A DNA stretch of 64,000 nucleotides from an uncultured Muribaculaceae bacterium (GTDB taxonomy: Bacteria > Bacillota_I > Bacilli_A > RF39 > UBA660): positions 98 to 64,097 of the forward strand of contig CAZVUP010000003.1 of assembly GCA_964630365.1 (NCBI GenBank). The letters are read 5' to 3'. The notes under the pieces are model-generated. The model was not told the origin of the DNA, made no database searches, and saw only the letters and a list, made by a program, of their open reading frames with translations. Positions 1 through 9,218 of this stretch are shown piece by piece (positions within the stretch are counted from its first letter, which is position 1; every line of letters begins with the position of its first letter). The translations under genes were made by a program, and so were the position numbers.

Positions 1-1
1 T

Positions 2-235
2 GAACTTATGGGTTGCAATTTAACAAATAGTCATGCTGTTTTAGATTTAAATTCACTAGATGTTGCTAGATTATGGGGATGTAAGTTACACGGAACAACA
101 CTTATAGTTGGCGAAGATTTTAGTGTTGAGCAATTAGAAAAACAACGTGTTGAATTAGGGGAAGTTAGATTAGATGATTATAGTGTAGCTAAGCAAAAAA
201 TTAAATCTATTTTTGAAAAGATAAATGGTCAATAA
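2..235 (+). CDS. 3' end of a gene running off the left window edge; function unknown
   Basis: The frame is open from nt 2 to the TAA at 233-235, and a hairpin terminator follows. No motif recognised. Confidence 0.4.
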   Translation, partial: ELMGCNLTNSHAVLDLNSLDVARLWGCKLHGTTLIVGEDFSVEQLEKQRVELGEVRLDDYSVAKQKIKSIFEKINGQ

Positions 236-274
236 ACATTTAATAATATGTTTATTCTTTATGTCACAAATTAT

Positions 275-306
275 AAAAAAGTCTCTTGAAATTATTGAGA
301 CTTTTT
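275..306. terminator. Bidirectional rho-independent terminator between convergent genes
   Basis: AAAAAGTCTC-N11-GAGACTTTTT. The stem has an A-run on one side and a T-run on the other. Confidence 0.6.
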
Positions 307-318
307 AATTTATTGTAA

Positions 319-858
319 TTATTGTTTTATTTTAACTTTAGCAGAATTAATAATTTTAAGACTTTCTGCAATTTGAGGTTCTAGTTCTTTTATTTCATCA
401 AGTGAATAATAATCTTTACCAGTATGTCCTTCTACGTAGTCACATACATCTTTAAGACAAACATGATAATTGTTTTCTATTAAATAATTGTTATACGCTT
501 CGTTATATATATAACTAATACCACTAGAATACACAATTAATTCTTCACTTTCTAAGTCATATAATTGACCGCCATACTCACCATCAACTGTATCAAAAAT
601 ATATTCTTCTGCAGTATATGTTTCTTTATCAAATAATAAATAAACATTTTCTGCTTTATAAAGTTTTGTTGCAGTTTTACCTCTGACAATGTATTTGTAA
701 TAATCATCTACATTTGAATATTCAGAGGGGATAGGATAATGTTCAGGAACTGCATTTTCATCTTTATTATTAGAGCAACCTGCAGTTCCAATTATTACAC
801 CAGCTAGTCCTAATGCTAATAATCTTTTTTTTAATTCAATCAATTTATTTTTGTTCAT
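319..858 (-). CDS. Putative lipoprotein
   Basis: N-terminus MNKNKLIELKKRLLALGLAGVIIGTAGCSNN has a signal peptide plus lipobox Cys. AGGAGA SD upstream on the minus strand. Confidence 0.75.
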   Translation of the reverse strand: MNKNKLIELKKRLLALGLAGVIIGTAGCSNNKDENAVPEHYPIPSEYSNVDDYYKYIVRGKTATKLYKAENVYLLFDKETYTAEEYIFDTVDGEYGGQLYDLESEELIVYSSGISYIYNEAYNNYLIENNYHVCLKDVCDYVEGHTGKDYYSLDEIKELEPQIAESLKIINSAKVKIKQ

Positions 859-996
859 ATAAAATTCTCCTACAAATAAATGTTAAAGTATATTATAGCA
901 TACGTAATTAATAAATCAATTATTTGATATAAAATTTGAAAAATATTTAATTTTGTGATATTATATACTGCAATTCAGTAGTAGGGGTTGAAAAAT

Positions 997-1677
997 ATGT
1001 TTAATACTATAAAAAGAAATTTATATTTTAGTAGGATGCAATTATTATTTGATAAAGGAGTTCTTGATGAGAAAATTGTTCCATTTGATGATGAATTTTA
1101 TGAAAAATTAAATCATACTTATATTTGTGGTTTACCAGTTTCTATTCATATAAAGTATCTAAAGCCGAAAGTAGCTCCTGGAAAGTGTAATGATAGAAGT
1201 TTGTATATGTTTTTTTGCTTTGATAATGCTATTTTAGTTCGTGGCAGTAATAAAGATTTAGAATTAAAGTATGGTAGAGAAAATGCTGGTCATGGGTGGA
1301 TAGAAATAGGGGATTATGTATATGATCCATCTTTGATGATGAGATTTGATAAAGACTTATATTACGAATTATATCAGCCTAAGGATATTATAAAATGTAG
1401 TAAGGAAGAATATTGTTCTGATACTGATTGCTTAAGATTTTATGAAGATGTTAGAAGCACAACTCTTGATGATTTTAGACCACATGGTAAGAAAAGAATA
1501 GACTTATCTACATCAATGCCATTAGTAATTGGTATTGCCAAAAATTCAGGTAATCAAGATTTTGTTAATGAATTAAATACATTTATTACAGAAATTCAAT
1601 ATGATGAAGAAGAAATATATAATGAATTATGTGCAGAGATGCAAAAGATGAGAGTTTTTTCTATGAATAACAAATGA
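997..1677 (+). CDS. Cytoplasmic protein with a transglutaminase-like Cys-His-Asp signature
   Basis: GKCNDRS ... GHGWIEIGDYVYDPS matches the GxC ... HaWvE ... DP pattern of transglutaminase-fold cysteine peptidases. ATG 997 fits the AGGGG SD better than TTG 988. No signal peptide. Confidence 0.5.
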   Translation: MFNTIKRNLYFSRMQLLFDKGVLDEKIVPFDDEFYEKLNHTYICGLPVSIHIKYLKPKVAPGKCNDRSLYMFFCFDNAILVRGSNKDLELKYGRENAGHGWIEIGDYVYDPSLMMRFDKDLYYELYQPKDIIKCSKEEYCSDTDCLRFYEDVRSTTLDDFRPHGKKRIDLSTSMPLVIGIAKNSGNQDFVNELNTFITEIQYDEEEIYNELCAEMQKMRVFSMNNK

Positions 1678-1698
1678 ACTTAATGAAGTTCATTTTTA
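1673..1698 (+). terminator. Rho-independent terminator
   Basis: AATGAACTT-aatg-AAGTTCATT followed by a T-run; overlaps the stop codon. Confidence 0.6.
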
Positions 1699-1761
1699 GT
1701 ATAATGTTTATTGCTTTATTATTATTGTATGTTATAATAAACAACTAATGGAGGGTTTATA

Positions 1762-2736
1762 ATGACAATTGCACAAGCAGAAAGATTTTATGAACAGGAT
1801 AAAAAGGATTATGAATTAGGAAATAATAAAGAATTTTTAAGTTGGTTAAAGAGTTCAATAACTGATGGCTATCATTGTTTTATGGGAATAGATGAATTAA
1901 AAAAGATGATTGATACTATAGTTAATTGGTATGAGATAAAATATCCAGAAAGAGAACTTGAGTTCTATGAAGGGGTTAGATACTTTGGTGAAGATTTTCA
2001 GAATATAAAAAGAATTTCTAAAGTTATGGATCTTAAACAATTATTATTTAGATTGCCGCATAGACAATATTCATTGATAGAGTGCGGATATAGAGCACGT
2101 GGTTGGAGTCAAAGCCTTGTTTATGATAAAACTGGAAAATTAGAATCTAAAGCATCAATATATATGCATATTGATAAAAAGAATGCTGAACAAGATATTA
2201 TGCTTTGTGAAGAATTACCATACTTTTTAGTTAGAGCTAATGATGTTACTGGTGAAGTTTTAGTTGACTATGATGTAAAAGAATACTTAGATGGAGAAAG
2301 TAATTTAAGTTTAGAACAGTTGCTAAAATTATTCGAGGAAAAGTATGCTGATGAATTAGATTTTAAAGAATTAAAAGAATGTGTATATGATCATGATACT
2401 GATATGGAATTAAGGCATAGAGTTTTACAATTAGTAGCGCTTAAATTACTTTATTCAAGAAATACTATTCCAGAAAGAGGGTATGAGAGAGCTAGGAGAT
2501 TTATAAATGAATTTAATAAAAAATTAGGACTTACTTTATCTACTGAAGAAATTGATGAAATAATGAATAGAGATTATAACAATGGAGAAAAATGGGAATT
2601 AGTAACCAAGACTTTTGTGGATGAAAATGGTGAAGAACATTCATATTGTACTGTTGAAAATGTTGCATTAAAAGAAGAATCAAAAAAAATAAAACAATTA
2701 GCAAAAATGTTTAATAAAAATAGAAATAAGAATTAA
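1762..2736 (+). CDS. Hypothetical cytoplasmic protein
   Basis: Long ORF with GGAGGG SD and its own terminator. No motif recognised. Confidence 0.65.
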   Translation: MTIAQAERFYEQDKKDYELGNNKEFLSWLKSSITDGYHCFMGIDELKKMIDTIVNWYEIKYPERELEFYEGVRYFGEDFQNIKRISKVMDLKQLLFRLPHRQYSLIECGYRARGWSQSLVYDKTGKLESKASIYMHIDKKNAEQDIMLCEELPYFLVRANDVTGEVLVDYDVKEYLDGESNLSLEQLLKLFEEKYADELDFKELKECVYDHDTDMELRHRVLQLVALKLLYSRNTIPERGYERARRFINEFNKKLGLTLSTEEIDEIMNRDYNNGEKWELVTKTFVDENGEEHSYCTVENVALKEESKKIKQLAKMFNKNRNKN

Positions 2737-2748
2737 TAGAAACTTATT

Positions 2749-2776
2749 AAGAGTAAAATTTATTTTACTCTTTTTA
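2749..2776 (+). terminator. Rho-independent terminator
   Basis: AAGAGTAAAA-ttta-TTTTACTCTT followed by a T-run. Confidence 0.65.
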
Positions 2777-2908
2777 TATATGTAGTGATATATGTATAAA
2801 AATAAAAGTTGTAATGGCAAAATCTTTAATTGAATTTCGTTTTCATTTAATTAAATTGTTTTTATAATAATAATTATGATAGAATGAACTATGTGGAGTG
2901 TGATTGTA

Positions 2909-3826
2909 ATGAATTATGATGATATTATTTTAAAAGCTGTTAGAAAATATAACTATAGTGAAGAAGTAGTTTCTTTGCTAAAAAGAATAGTTCCAGCTAT
3001 TATTAAATATTATGGTGAAGATAGAAAAGATTATGTTTTAAATGCATTACTAAATTATGAGATTCATATCGAAGGAAAAGATGAAAATAGGAAAGAATAT
3101 CTTAATTCTTTTTTTGGGACTAATGAAGAGTGGGAAATGCCAATTACGGCAGGTGCTTTTGTACATAAGGGTATAAAAAAAGAAGGGGATAAAATTCTAT
3201 CTAAGAGCATTAATTATATTAGAACTAAATATTCACAAGATTATAAAGAACCTGATTTTAGTTCTTCTAAAATTATAAGTGATATTGTTCACGAATTGTG
3301 CCATGCGGTAAAAACATCTGATAATATTGAAAAAAATGGTGATGATATTTTGATTCGCTCTGGGGTTAGTAAGGAAATTTATCATTATGATGGTGAAAGT
3401 TTTTCTCAAACTGGTGATCAGTATCTTGGCCTTGAAGAGGGATTAAACAGTTTGGAAGAAGCAGAAATTATGAGTATTATTTTGGGAGAAGAACAGGAGT
3501 ATGGTGCTTATAAAACATTAACTACTGCTGCAAGAAGACTTTTAGAGGATGAAAAATTGGCTTATTTATTACGCAGATGTCAATTTGAAGGAGACTATGA
3601 ATGGATTGATTATTTAGGCGAAGATGCAAAACTAGTAATTGATTGTTTTGATGCTATGTATAATGCTAATTATTCTCCATCTGCTGAAGTTCGCCAAAAA
3701 TATGATGAGGCAATTGACATTTTTTTAGATTTTCTGCAAAATAGAGAAAAGAAAAACAATTTAGATGAAATGCTGGAAAGTTCTCATGAAAGTGTTGAAA
3801 ATGAGAAACATATAGGTGGTTATTAG
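2909..3826 (+). CDS. Hypothetical protein with an HExxH motif (possible zinc metallopeptidase-like)
   Basis: IVHELCHAV contains HELCH. No signal peptide. ATG 2909 is preferred over ATG 2891 because of the GGAG position. Confidence 0.5.
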   Translation: MNYDDIILKAVRKYNYSEEVVSLLKRIVPAIIKYYGEDRKDYVLNALLNYEIHIEGKDENRKEYLNSFFGTNEEWEMPITAGAFVHKGIKKEGDKILSKSINYIRTKYSQDYKEPDFSSSKIISDIVHELCHAVKTSDNIEKNGDDILIRSGVSKEIYHYDGESFSQTGDQYLGLEEGLNSLEEAEIMSIILGEEQEYGAYKTLTTAARRLLEDEKLAYLLRRCQFEGDYEWIDYLGEDAKLVIDCFDAMYNANYSPSAEVRQKYDEAIDIFLDFLQNREKKNNLDEMLESSHESVENEKHIGGY

Positions 3827-3932
3827 AGGCAATAATTAAAGATTTGGTGATATTTTATCTGAAATACATTAAGTCTTTTTTTATTGGTTTATTTTTGTTA
3901 TAATAAGTGATACTTGGTATTTAGGAGAATTT

Positions 3933-4490
3933 ATGAAGAAGTTATCTAATAAGCAAAGAAAAAATATAATTAGTAGTATAGTTGGTGATTTAGAAATTGT
4001 TGATTATCCACCAAAATATCTTAGTGATTATCTATTCTATATGAAGAAGAAAAGAGAGTTTGCACTTAATTGCTATGCATATGCTATGCAGTTTAAGTTT
4101 GATGCTCATGATTTTGTTTATTTGCATGAGACTTATCCGTATAATCCTGGGGTCATTGGTGGAATTAAAAATTATAGATTACCTAAGGATTATTACAGTC
4201 TTATTGAATATTTTTTGCAGGATTGTAAAGTGCTAGGAATAGATGTTGATTTTTCAACGTTGGATGAGAAAATTTATGATGATGAATATAAGATTGCAAT
4301 ATTGCTTGGTAATGATATTAATCAAATAACCGGTGTTCCTAATTATCATTTTGTTAGACAAAATTCTGATTTGACTTGGTCAGAGATGGAGTGTTTTGAA
4401 GGAAATGTCTGTCATGCTAGGGTAAATAAACCATGGTATAAAACATTAGAAATTGTTAAAGTAAAAAAGCTTACTAGAGAAGGTGATTAG
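3933..4490 (+). CDS. Hypothetical protein
   Basis: AGGAGA SD. Stop TAG abuts the next ATG (TAGATG). Cys (NCYAYA) and His (NYHFVRQ) hint at a papain-like fold, but this is not convincing. Confidence 0.55.
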   Translation: MKKLSNKQRKNIISSIVGDLEIVDYPPKYLSDYLFYMKKKREFALNCYAYAMQFKFDAHDFVYLHETYPYNPGVIGGIKNYRLPKDYYSLIEYFLQDCKVLGIDVDFSTLDEKIYDDEYKIAILLGNDINQITGVPNYHFVRQNSDLTWSEMECFEGNVCHARVNKPWYKTLEIVKVKKLTREGD

Positions 4491-5402
4491 ATGTTACAAT
4501 ATTATTTAGAAAAACTAGGATGTAATAATTTACCAGAATTCATGATTAAGTATTTAGATAGTCCTAGTATGAAAAGATTAAAGAATGTTAGTTGTTTTTG
4601 TGCGATGGATTATGCATCGAAAGATGTTTATAACTTTCGGGAAAGAATTTCTCGTTTTGATCATTCTCTTAGTACAAGTTTATTGACATATCGCTTGACT
4701 GGGTCAAGAGAGGCTACTTTAGCAGGACTTTTTCATGATATATCAACACCATGCTCTTCACATGTTATTGATTATATGAATAGAGATTATGAAAGACAGG
4801 AAAGTACAGAAGAATATACCGAATCAATTATTATGAATGATAAATACTTGGTTTCTTGTTTAGAAAGTGATGGTATTAATCCTTTAGAAGTTATAGATTT
4901 TAAAAAGTATTCTATTGTTGATACAGAAAGACCGAAACTTTGTGCGGATAGACTTGATGGTATAATATTACCAGGAATAGCTTGGACTAAGAATATCACT
5001 TTAGAAGATATTGATAAAATAATTGATGATATAGCTGTCTTTAAAAATGAAGATGGTGAAGATGAAATTGGGTTTAGAACTTATGATGTTGCTTTACGTG
5101 CTTTACAGTTAAGTGATGAAATAAATGATTATTGTCATACTAATGAAGATAATTATATGATGCATTTACTAGCAAGTATTATGAAATATGCAATAGATAA
5201 AAAGTATTTCTCATATCAGGATTTGTTTGTTTATGATGAAGAATTTTTATTTAGTTATTTAGATTCAATAGCTGATAATTATTTACAAGAGATGTTAGCT
5301 ACTTTTAAAAATATAAAATTTAGTGATATACCATATTCACCATTGCCAAAAGTTAAAAGTAAAGAGTTAAATCCAATGGTAAATGGTGTTAGAATAAAGT
5401 AG
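4491..5402 (+). CDS. HD-domain phosphohydrolase family protein
   Basis: SRFDHSLS ... GLFHDISTP gives the H...HD metal-binding signature. Confidence 0.75.
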   Translation: MLQYYLEKLGCNNLPEFMIKYLDSPSMKRLKNVSCFCAMDYASKDVYNFRERISRFDHSLSTSLLTYRLTGSREATLAGLFHDISTPCSSHVIDYMNRDYERQESTEEYTESIIMNDKYLVSCLESDGINPLEVIDFKKYSIVDTERPKLCADRLDGIILPGIAWTKNITLEDIDKIIDDIAVFKNEDGEDEIGFRTYDVALRALQLSDEINDYCHTNEDNYMMHLLASIMKYAIDKKYFSYQDLFVYDEEFLFSYLDSIADNYLQEMLATFKNIKFSDIPYSPLPKVKSKELNPMVNGVRIK

Positions 5403-5411
5403 GAGGTATTT

Positions 5412-5816
5412 ATGGAAGTTGTTGGAACAATGTTTTTTAGGGATAATAAGGTATTAATTGATAAGCCAAGGAGAAAGGCCACGTATCAAATGGTTGGTGG
5501 TGGAGTTGAGGAAGGCGAAACACCGCTTGAAGCTGCTATTAGAGAGTGTCATGAAGAATTAGGTAGTAAAGCAATATTTGATGAAGATAAGTTTGAACTT
5601 GTGATGGATTTTGATGAAGTGGCTACTAGTGATGGAAAAACACCAATTCATTTTTATGTATTTGTTTATAATGGTTCTTTAGAAGGTGAACTTGAAACAA
5701 GTGATGAGATAGAAGGATTCTTGTGGTATGATACTTCATGTGTTGATGCTGTACTATCAAATACTTTGAAAAATGAAGTTGTACCATATTGTTTAAAGAA
5801 AAGTTATATTAAGTAA
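5412..5816 (+). CDS. NUDIX hydrolase
   Basis: Nudix box GGGVEEGETPLEAAIRECHEELG (Gx5Ex7REUxEExGU). AGGAGG SD. Confidence 0.85.
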   Translation: MEVVGTMFFRDNKVLIDKPRRKATYQMVGGGVEEGETPLEAAIRECHEELGSKAIFDEDKFELVMDFDEVATSDGKTPIHFYVFVYNGSLEGELETSDEIEGFLWYDTSCVDAVLSNTLKNEVVPYCLKKSYIK

Positions 5817-5903
5817 TTTATATATCAAAATTCAGATAACTATTTGAAAAAGATATTATATGGTAATACTTAATGATTATAATATGTGTAAATATTGATT
5901 TTT

Positions 5904-5938
5904 AAACTAGATTAATTAAAAATTATCTAGTTTTTATA
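5904..5938 (+). terminator. Rho-independent terminator
   Basis: AAACTAGAT-N12-ATCTAGTTT followed by a T-run. Confidence 0.65.
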
Positions 5939-5977
5939 TTATTTTGTATGTTCATTATTTTTAACCAAATATTTTTC

Positions 5978-6006
5978 TTGCAAATTGATAATCTATGCAT
6001 TATACT
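5978..6006 (+). promoter_or_regulatory. Sigma-A-type promoter for the surface-protein operon
   Basis: TTGCAA-N17-TATACT, about 180 nt upstream of the ATG at 6189. Confidence 0.55.
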
Positions 6007-6079
6007 TTATATAGTAGGAAGAGTGATGTAGAATGAGTAATCTTGAATTAGAATTATTGTTTATTTCCCACCACAACGT

Positions 6080-6090
6080 GGGGGGGGGGG
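6080..6090 (+). repeat. G11 homopolymer in the leader of the surface-protein operon
   Basis: Eleven consecutive G in an otherwise very AT-rich window; the only G/C run of this length seen. Confidence 0.9.
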
Positions 6091-6188
6091 TACTTAGATA
6101 GCCTACTAAGTCAATTTTTTGTTGAAATAATATGACTATAAAACTAGTAGTAATACTAGGTTTTTATAGTCTTTTTTTTGGAGGTTTT

Positions 6189-7646
6189 ATGAATAAAAAA
6201 ATATTATTGTTTTTAATAGTTGTAAATTTTATATTTGCAAAAAATGTTTATGCCTATAGTGTGGATCATCCTATTTATTGTTGTGGTTCTGTTACAACTT
6301 TAGTATACAACGATGAGATTATTAAACAAGATATGAATGGTAATCATTTAGATGGAGCAACATTTGTGTTAAAAGATATTAATGATTCAATTCAAATCAA
6401 GTATTCTTCTGATTATGATGGTAGGCATCGATTAAATATTACTGAAAGTGTTCATTGTGATGAATGTCATCAAGCTAGGACGAAAAGTTTTAACAAAAAT
6501 GATGATAATTTAACTGTTAATAAACTTACAAAAAATATTTCTACTAATAATGCTTTATCAAGTATTGAAAAATTAGTTATTAAGCAGTTTGATAATATTT
6601 CTAGTTATGAAGATTTGAAACAAAAAGTTTCAGATGTGTATTGTCAGGAATTTACAGGTGGGCATGTTCACGGAAAAACAACAGGTAGTTATATTGATAA
6701 TGATTCTATAAAAATTGATAAATTGGCTGATCAATATTATGATCCGAGATCTTATGATTATTGCAGTAAGAGAATTGTTTATCCAATGATTGTTGAAGAG
6801 ACTATAGCTCCTAAAGGTTATATAAAAAGCAATAAATACGTTGTTTTATTACCAATAGATGTCACTTTTTATGAGAATTATGATGGAAATGATATTAATA
6901 TTAATTATCCTCAAATGCTTGATGGTATATCTATTGAATATTATAATTATGATTCTAATTATGATTATTCAAAAATGTATAAACTTTCTAATGATGAGAT
7001 AACTAGTTTTGAAGAAAAATATTTAGTTACTGGTATGAATTCTGATGAGTATTGTGAACCAGTAGTATGTGAAACTGTCATTGGAGCTAACTGTCCACCC
7101 GAAAAATGTTATCCAACTGATCATGTTATAAAAAATAGTCCTGGTGAGGTAAAACTATCATTAACTAATTCAATAAACGGAAGTGATTCAACTACTGTTA
7201 AGAAGGGGGGAAAGGTTAAATATCGTGCACAATTAAAAAACAGTGGAACTGCTGCTTCTTATAATAATGTTATTACAACTGTTGTGCCTCCTGATATTGA
7301 ATATATAGATGGTAGTGCTAGTAATGGTGGAACATATAATGATGAAGATAGAACTATTACCTGGGATATTTATTCATTAGATGCTGGTGAGAGTACTGAT
7401 TTGTCGTATGATGCAACGGTTATTAGAAATACAAATATAGATAAAATACAATTGCGGTCTTCTGTAGTTAGTGATCAGGTTCAAAATAAAGTTGATTCAG
7501 CACCAGCAATTATTAATGTTAAGGGTGGTTTTGTTAATCCAAATACAGGATCATTAATATCTATTATTTTGAGTTTAATGACAATAATTTTATTTTTATT
7601 TCTGAATTTTAAATATTTTAGAAAAAAATCTATTATTAAGGAGTGA
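6189..7646 (+). CDS. Cell-wall-anchored surface protein (SpaA/Cna-B-like and DUF11-like repeat; NPNTG sorting signal)
   Basis: GGAGG SD, then MNKKILLFLIVVNFIFAKNVYA signal peptide. DUF11-like stretch KVKYRAQLKNSGTAASYNNVITTVVPPDIEYIDGSAS...TWDIYSLDAGEST. C-terminus is VNPNTG + hydrophobic helix + RKKS tail. The track start 6132 is an upstream in-frame extension. Confidence 0.8.
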   Translation: MNKKILLFLIVVNFIFAKNVYAYSVDHPIYCCGSVTTLVYNDEIIKQDMNGNHLDGATFVLKDINDSIQIKYSSDYDGRHRLNITESVHCDECHQARTKSFNKNDDNLTVNKLTKNISTNNALSSIEKLVIKQFDNISSYEDLKQKVSDVYCQEFTGGHVHGKTTGSYIDNDSIKIDKLADQYYDPRSYDYCSKRIVYPMIVEETIAPKGYIKSNKYVVLLPIDVTFYENYDGNDININYPQMLDGISIEYYNYDSNYDYSKMYKLSNDEITSFEEKYLVTGMNSDEYCEPVVCETVIGANCPPEKCYPTDHVIKNSPGEVKLSLTNSINGSDSTTVKKGGKVKYRAQLKNSGTAASYNNVITTVVPPDIEYIDGSASNGGTYNDEDRTITWDIYSLDAGESTDLSYDATVIRNTNIDKIQLRSSVVSDQVQNKVDSAPAIINVKGGFVNPNTGSLISIILSLMTIILFLFLNFKYFRKKSIIKE

Positions 7647-7650
7647 AAAA

Positions 7651-9081
7651 ATGAAAAGAATAAATATGGTTTTAGTATTATTAATTGGTTTATTGTTATT
7701 ACCTAATTCTGTAGAAAAAGTTGGAGTTGATAGTTTAAAATATCAGACACCTGCAAATTCAGCGTTTGATGATGATAATTTTTATAGGTGTGTTGTTGAC
7801 AATTATAATTCTACTGTAAATCATCAGCATTCTATTCAGGATTATGCCCGAACTACTTCTATTAAAGACAACGTTAAGGCAGCAAAGCTTGCAGATCATT
7901 CTCAATACTATTATGATGATGATACAGAGCAAGATTCTTCAGAACTTACTGTTTCTGACTCTTTAACGGCTGAACAACTTCAGATTATATATACATTGAA
8001 TTGCGATCAGTATGGAATAAATAGTACTAAGGGTATAGAAAGATTGACTAATCTTGAAACGTTATATTTACGTGATAATAATATTTCAGAAATAAATTTG
8101 ACTAAAAACATATATTTAAGTAATGTTTATTTAACTAAGAATAAATTGACATCATTGAATATAAGTAAAAATAGCAATTTATATGTTTTAGATGTTTCTG
8201 GCAATCCACTTAATGTTTTAGATGTTAGTAAAAACCCAGGTTTGGAAACTGTTTTTGTTGATGATACTGTATATGTTTCTGGGGAAAACAGGATTAGTGG
8301 TTATGTCACATATACTGGTAATAACTTTTTTAGAGGTTATGATTTAGAAGTTGGCAGTATTAACAATGTATTGTATGATTATGAAACAGAATCTTATCAA
8401 AATCTTTATCTGGGTGAAAGTAGAAGCTATGATTTGACACTAGACGATGGCGTATACAAATTGGCTCTTTGCCCTGATTATTATGATAATACATTACTTT
8501 GTGGTGATGATTTGTTGTATAATATGATGGAAGAAGCAAATGAAATAACTATTAACGGGAAAAAGTTTGATTATAAGGCATGGAAGAAAAAAGTAGGAGA
8601 AATAGTAGATGGCAGATCATATATAGTTACAGAATTACCAAAAAAAGAAAATGTAATTAAATTTAAAATGAGTAATTTTGAGTATAGTCAAAACTATTCT
8701 TCAAGAAGAAATCAGTCTTCTGGGGAGATAGTAGGACAAAAAGCGAAAGAAGCTTCTAGCCAGCAATCTACAAGACAGGCAACATCTACAAGACAGTCAA
8801 CAATTATTAATGATAATGTTAATGTTATCAAGCTTGCGGAAGTTGCTAATCCGGGAATTACGCATCAAGGAGTTCAATCCGATTCAACAATAAGTACTGT
8901 TCAAATGGATGGTGTTTATACATTTAGAATTGTTAATCCTAGTGGAAGGCAAAATGTTGTTTCTACAATTGTTAATAATCCAAAAACAGGTGCTTTATTT
9001 TCTACAATATTATCTGGACTTGGGGTTATATTAGCTGGATTTTTAACAATTAGATATTTTAAGAAGAAAAAAAGCTTTTAA
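7651..9081 (+). CDS. Cell-wall-anchored leucine-rich-repeat surface protein (NPKTG sorting signal)
   Basis: Signal peptide present. LRR units NLETLYLRDNNISEINLTKN / NKLTSLNISKNSNLYVLDVSGNPLNVLDVSKNPGL. C-terminus is NNPKTG + hydrophobic helix + KKKKSF. Confidence 0.8.
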   Translation: MKRINMVLVLLIGLLLLPNSVEKVGVDSLKYQTPANSAFDDDNFYRCVVDNYNSTVNHQHSIQDYARTTSIKDNVKAAKLADHSQYYYDDDTEQDSSELTVSDSLTAEQLQIIYTLNCDQYGINSTKGIERLTNLETLYLRDNNISEINLTKNIYLSNVYLTKNKLTSLNISKNSNLYVLDVSGNPLNVLDVSKNPGLETVFVDDTVYVSGENRISGYVTYTGNNFFRGYDLEVGSINNVLYDYETESYQNLYLGESRSYDLTLDDGVYKLALCPDYYDNTLLCGDDLLYNMMEEANEITINGKKFDYKAWKKKVGEIVDGRSYIVTELPKKENVIKFKMSNFEYSQNYSSRRNQSSGEIVGQKAKEASSQQSTRQATSTRQSTIINDNVNVIKLAEVANPGITHQGVQSDSTISTVQMDGVYTFRIVNPSGRQNVVSTIVNNPKTGALFSTILSGLGVILAGFLTIRYFKKKKSF

Positions 9082-9110
9082 AAAAATACGTTTATTTACG
9101 TATTTTTTTT
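9082..9110 (+). terminator. Rho-independent terminator
   Basis: AAAAATACGT-ttattt-ACGTATTTTT running into T8. Confidence 0.7.
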
Positions 9111-9129
9111 AATATTTTATTTTTATATA

Positions 9130-9158
9130 TTGATTTAATCGAAATATGTCGTTATAAT
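9130..9158 (+). promoter_or_regulatory. Sigma-A-type promoter
   Basis: TTGATT-N17-TATAAT upstream of the 9219 gene. Confidence 0.6.
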
Positions 9159-9218
9159 TATATTAGACAAAATAGGAGAGGTGACATCTTACAATATATA
9201 GTTTCAAGTGGTGGTTTG

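Noticed and set aside
4787-5482. Minus-strand ORFs 4787-4999 and 5279-5482
   Set aside because: They are antisense to the HD-domain and NUDIX genes, which have clear motifs. Products are low-complexity, and no SD or promoter context is present.
6132-6188. Track start codons upstream of better-supported starts (6132, 988, 2891, 11168, 22848, 31295, 32266, 39633, 42492, 45868, 48106, 48564, 50091, 52763, 54129, 58731, 59925)
   Set aside because: In each case an internal ATG or GTG lies 5-10 nt downstream of a GGAGG-like SD. It also begins a sensible signal peptide or avoids a long overlap with the upstream gene. The longest-ORF starts are therefore not used, although 6132 is discussed as a possible conditional start.
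9174-9184. Strong SD-like AGGAGAGGTGA in the leader of the 9219 gene
   Set aside because: No ATG, GTG or TTG lies at a usable distance; the adjacent GTG runs into a stop after six codons. It is not called as a gene start.
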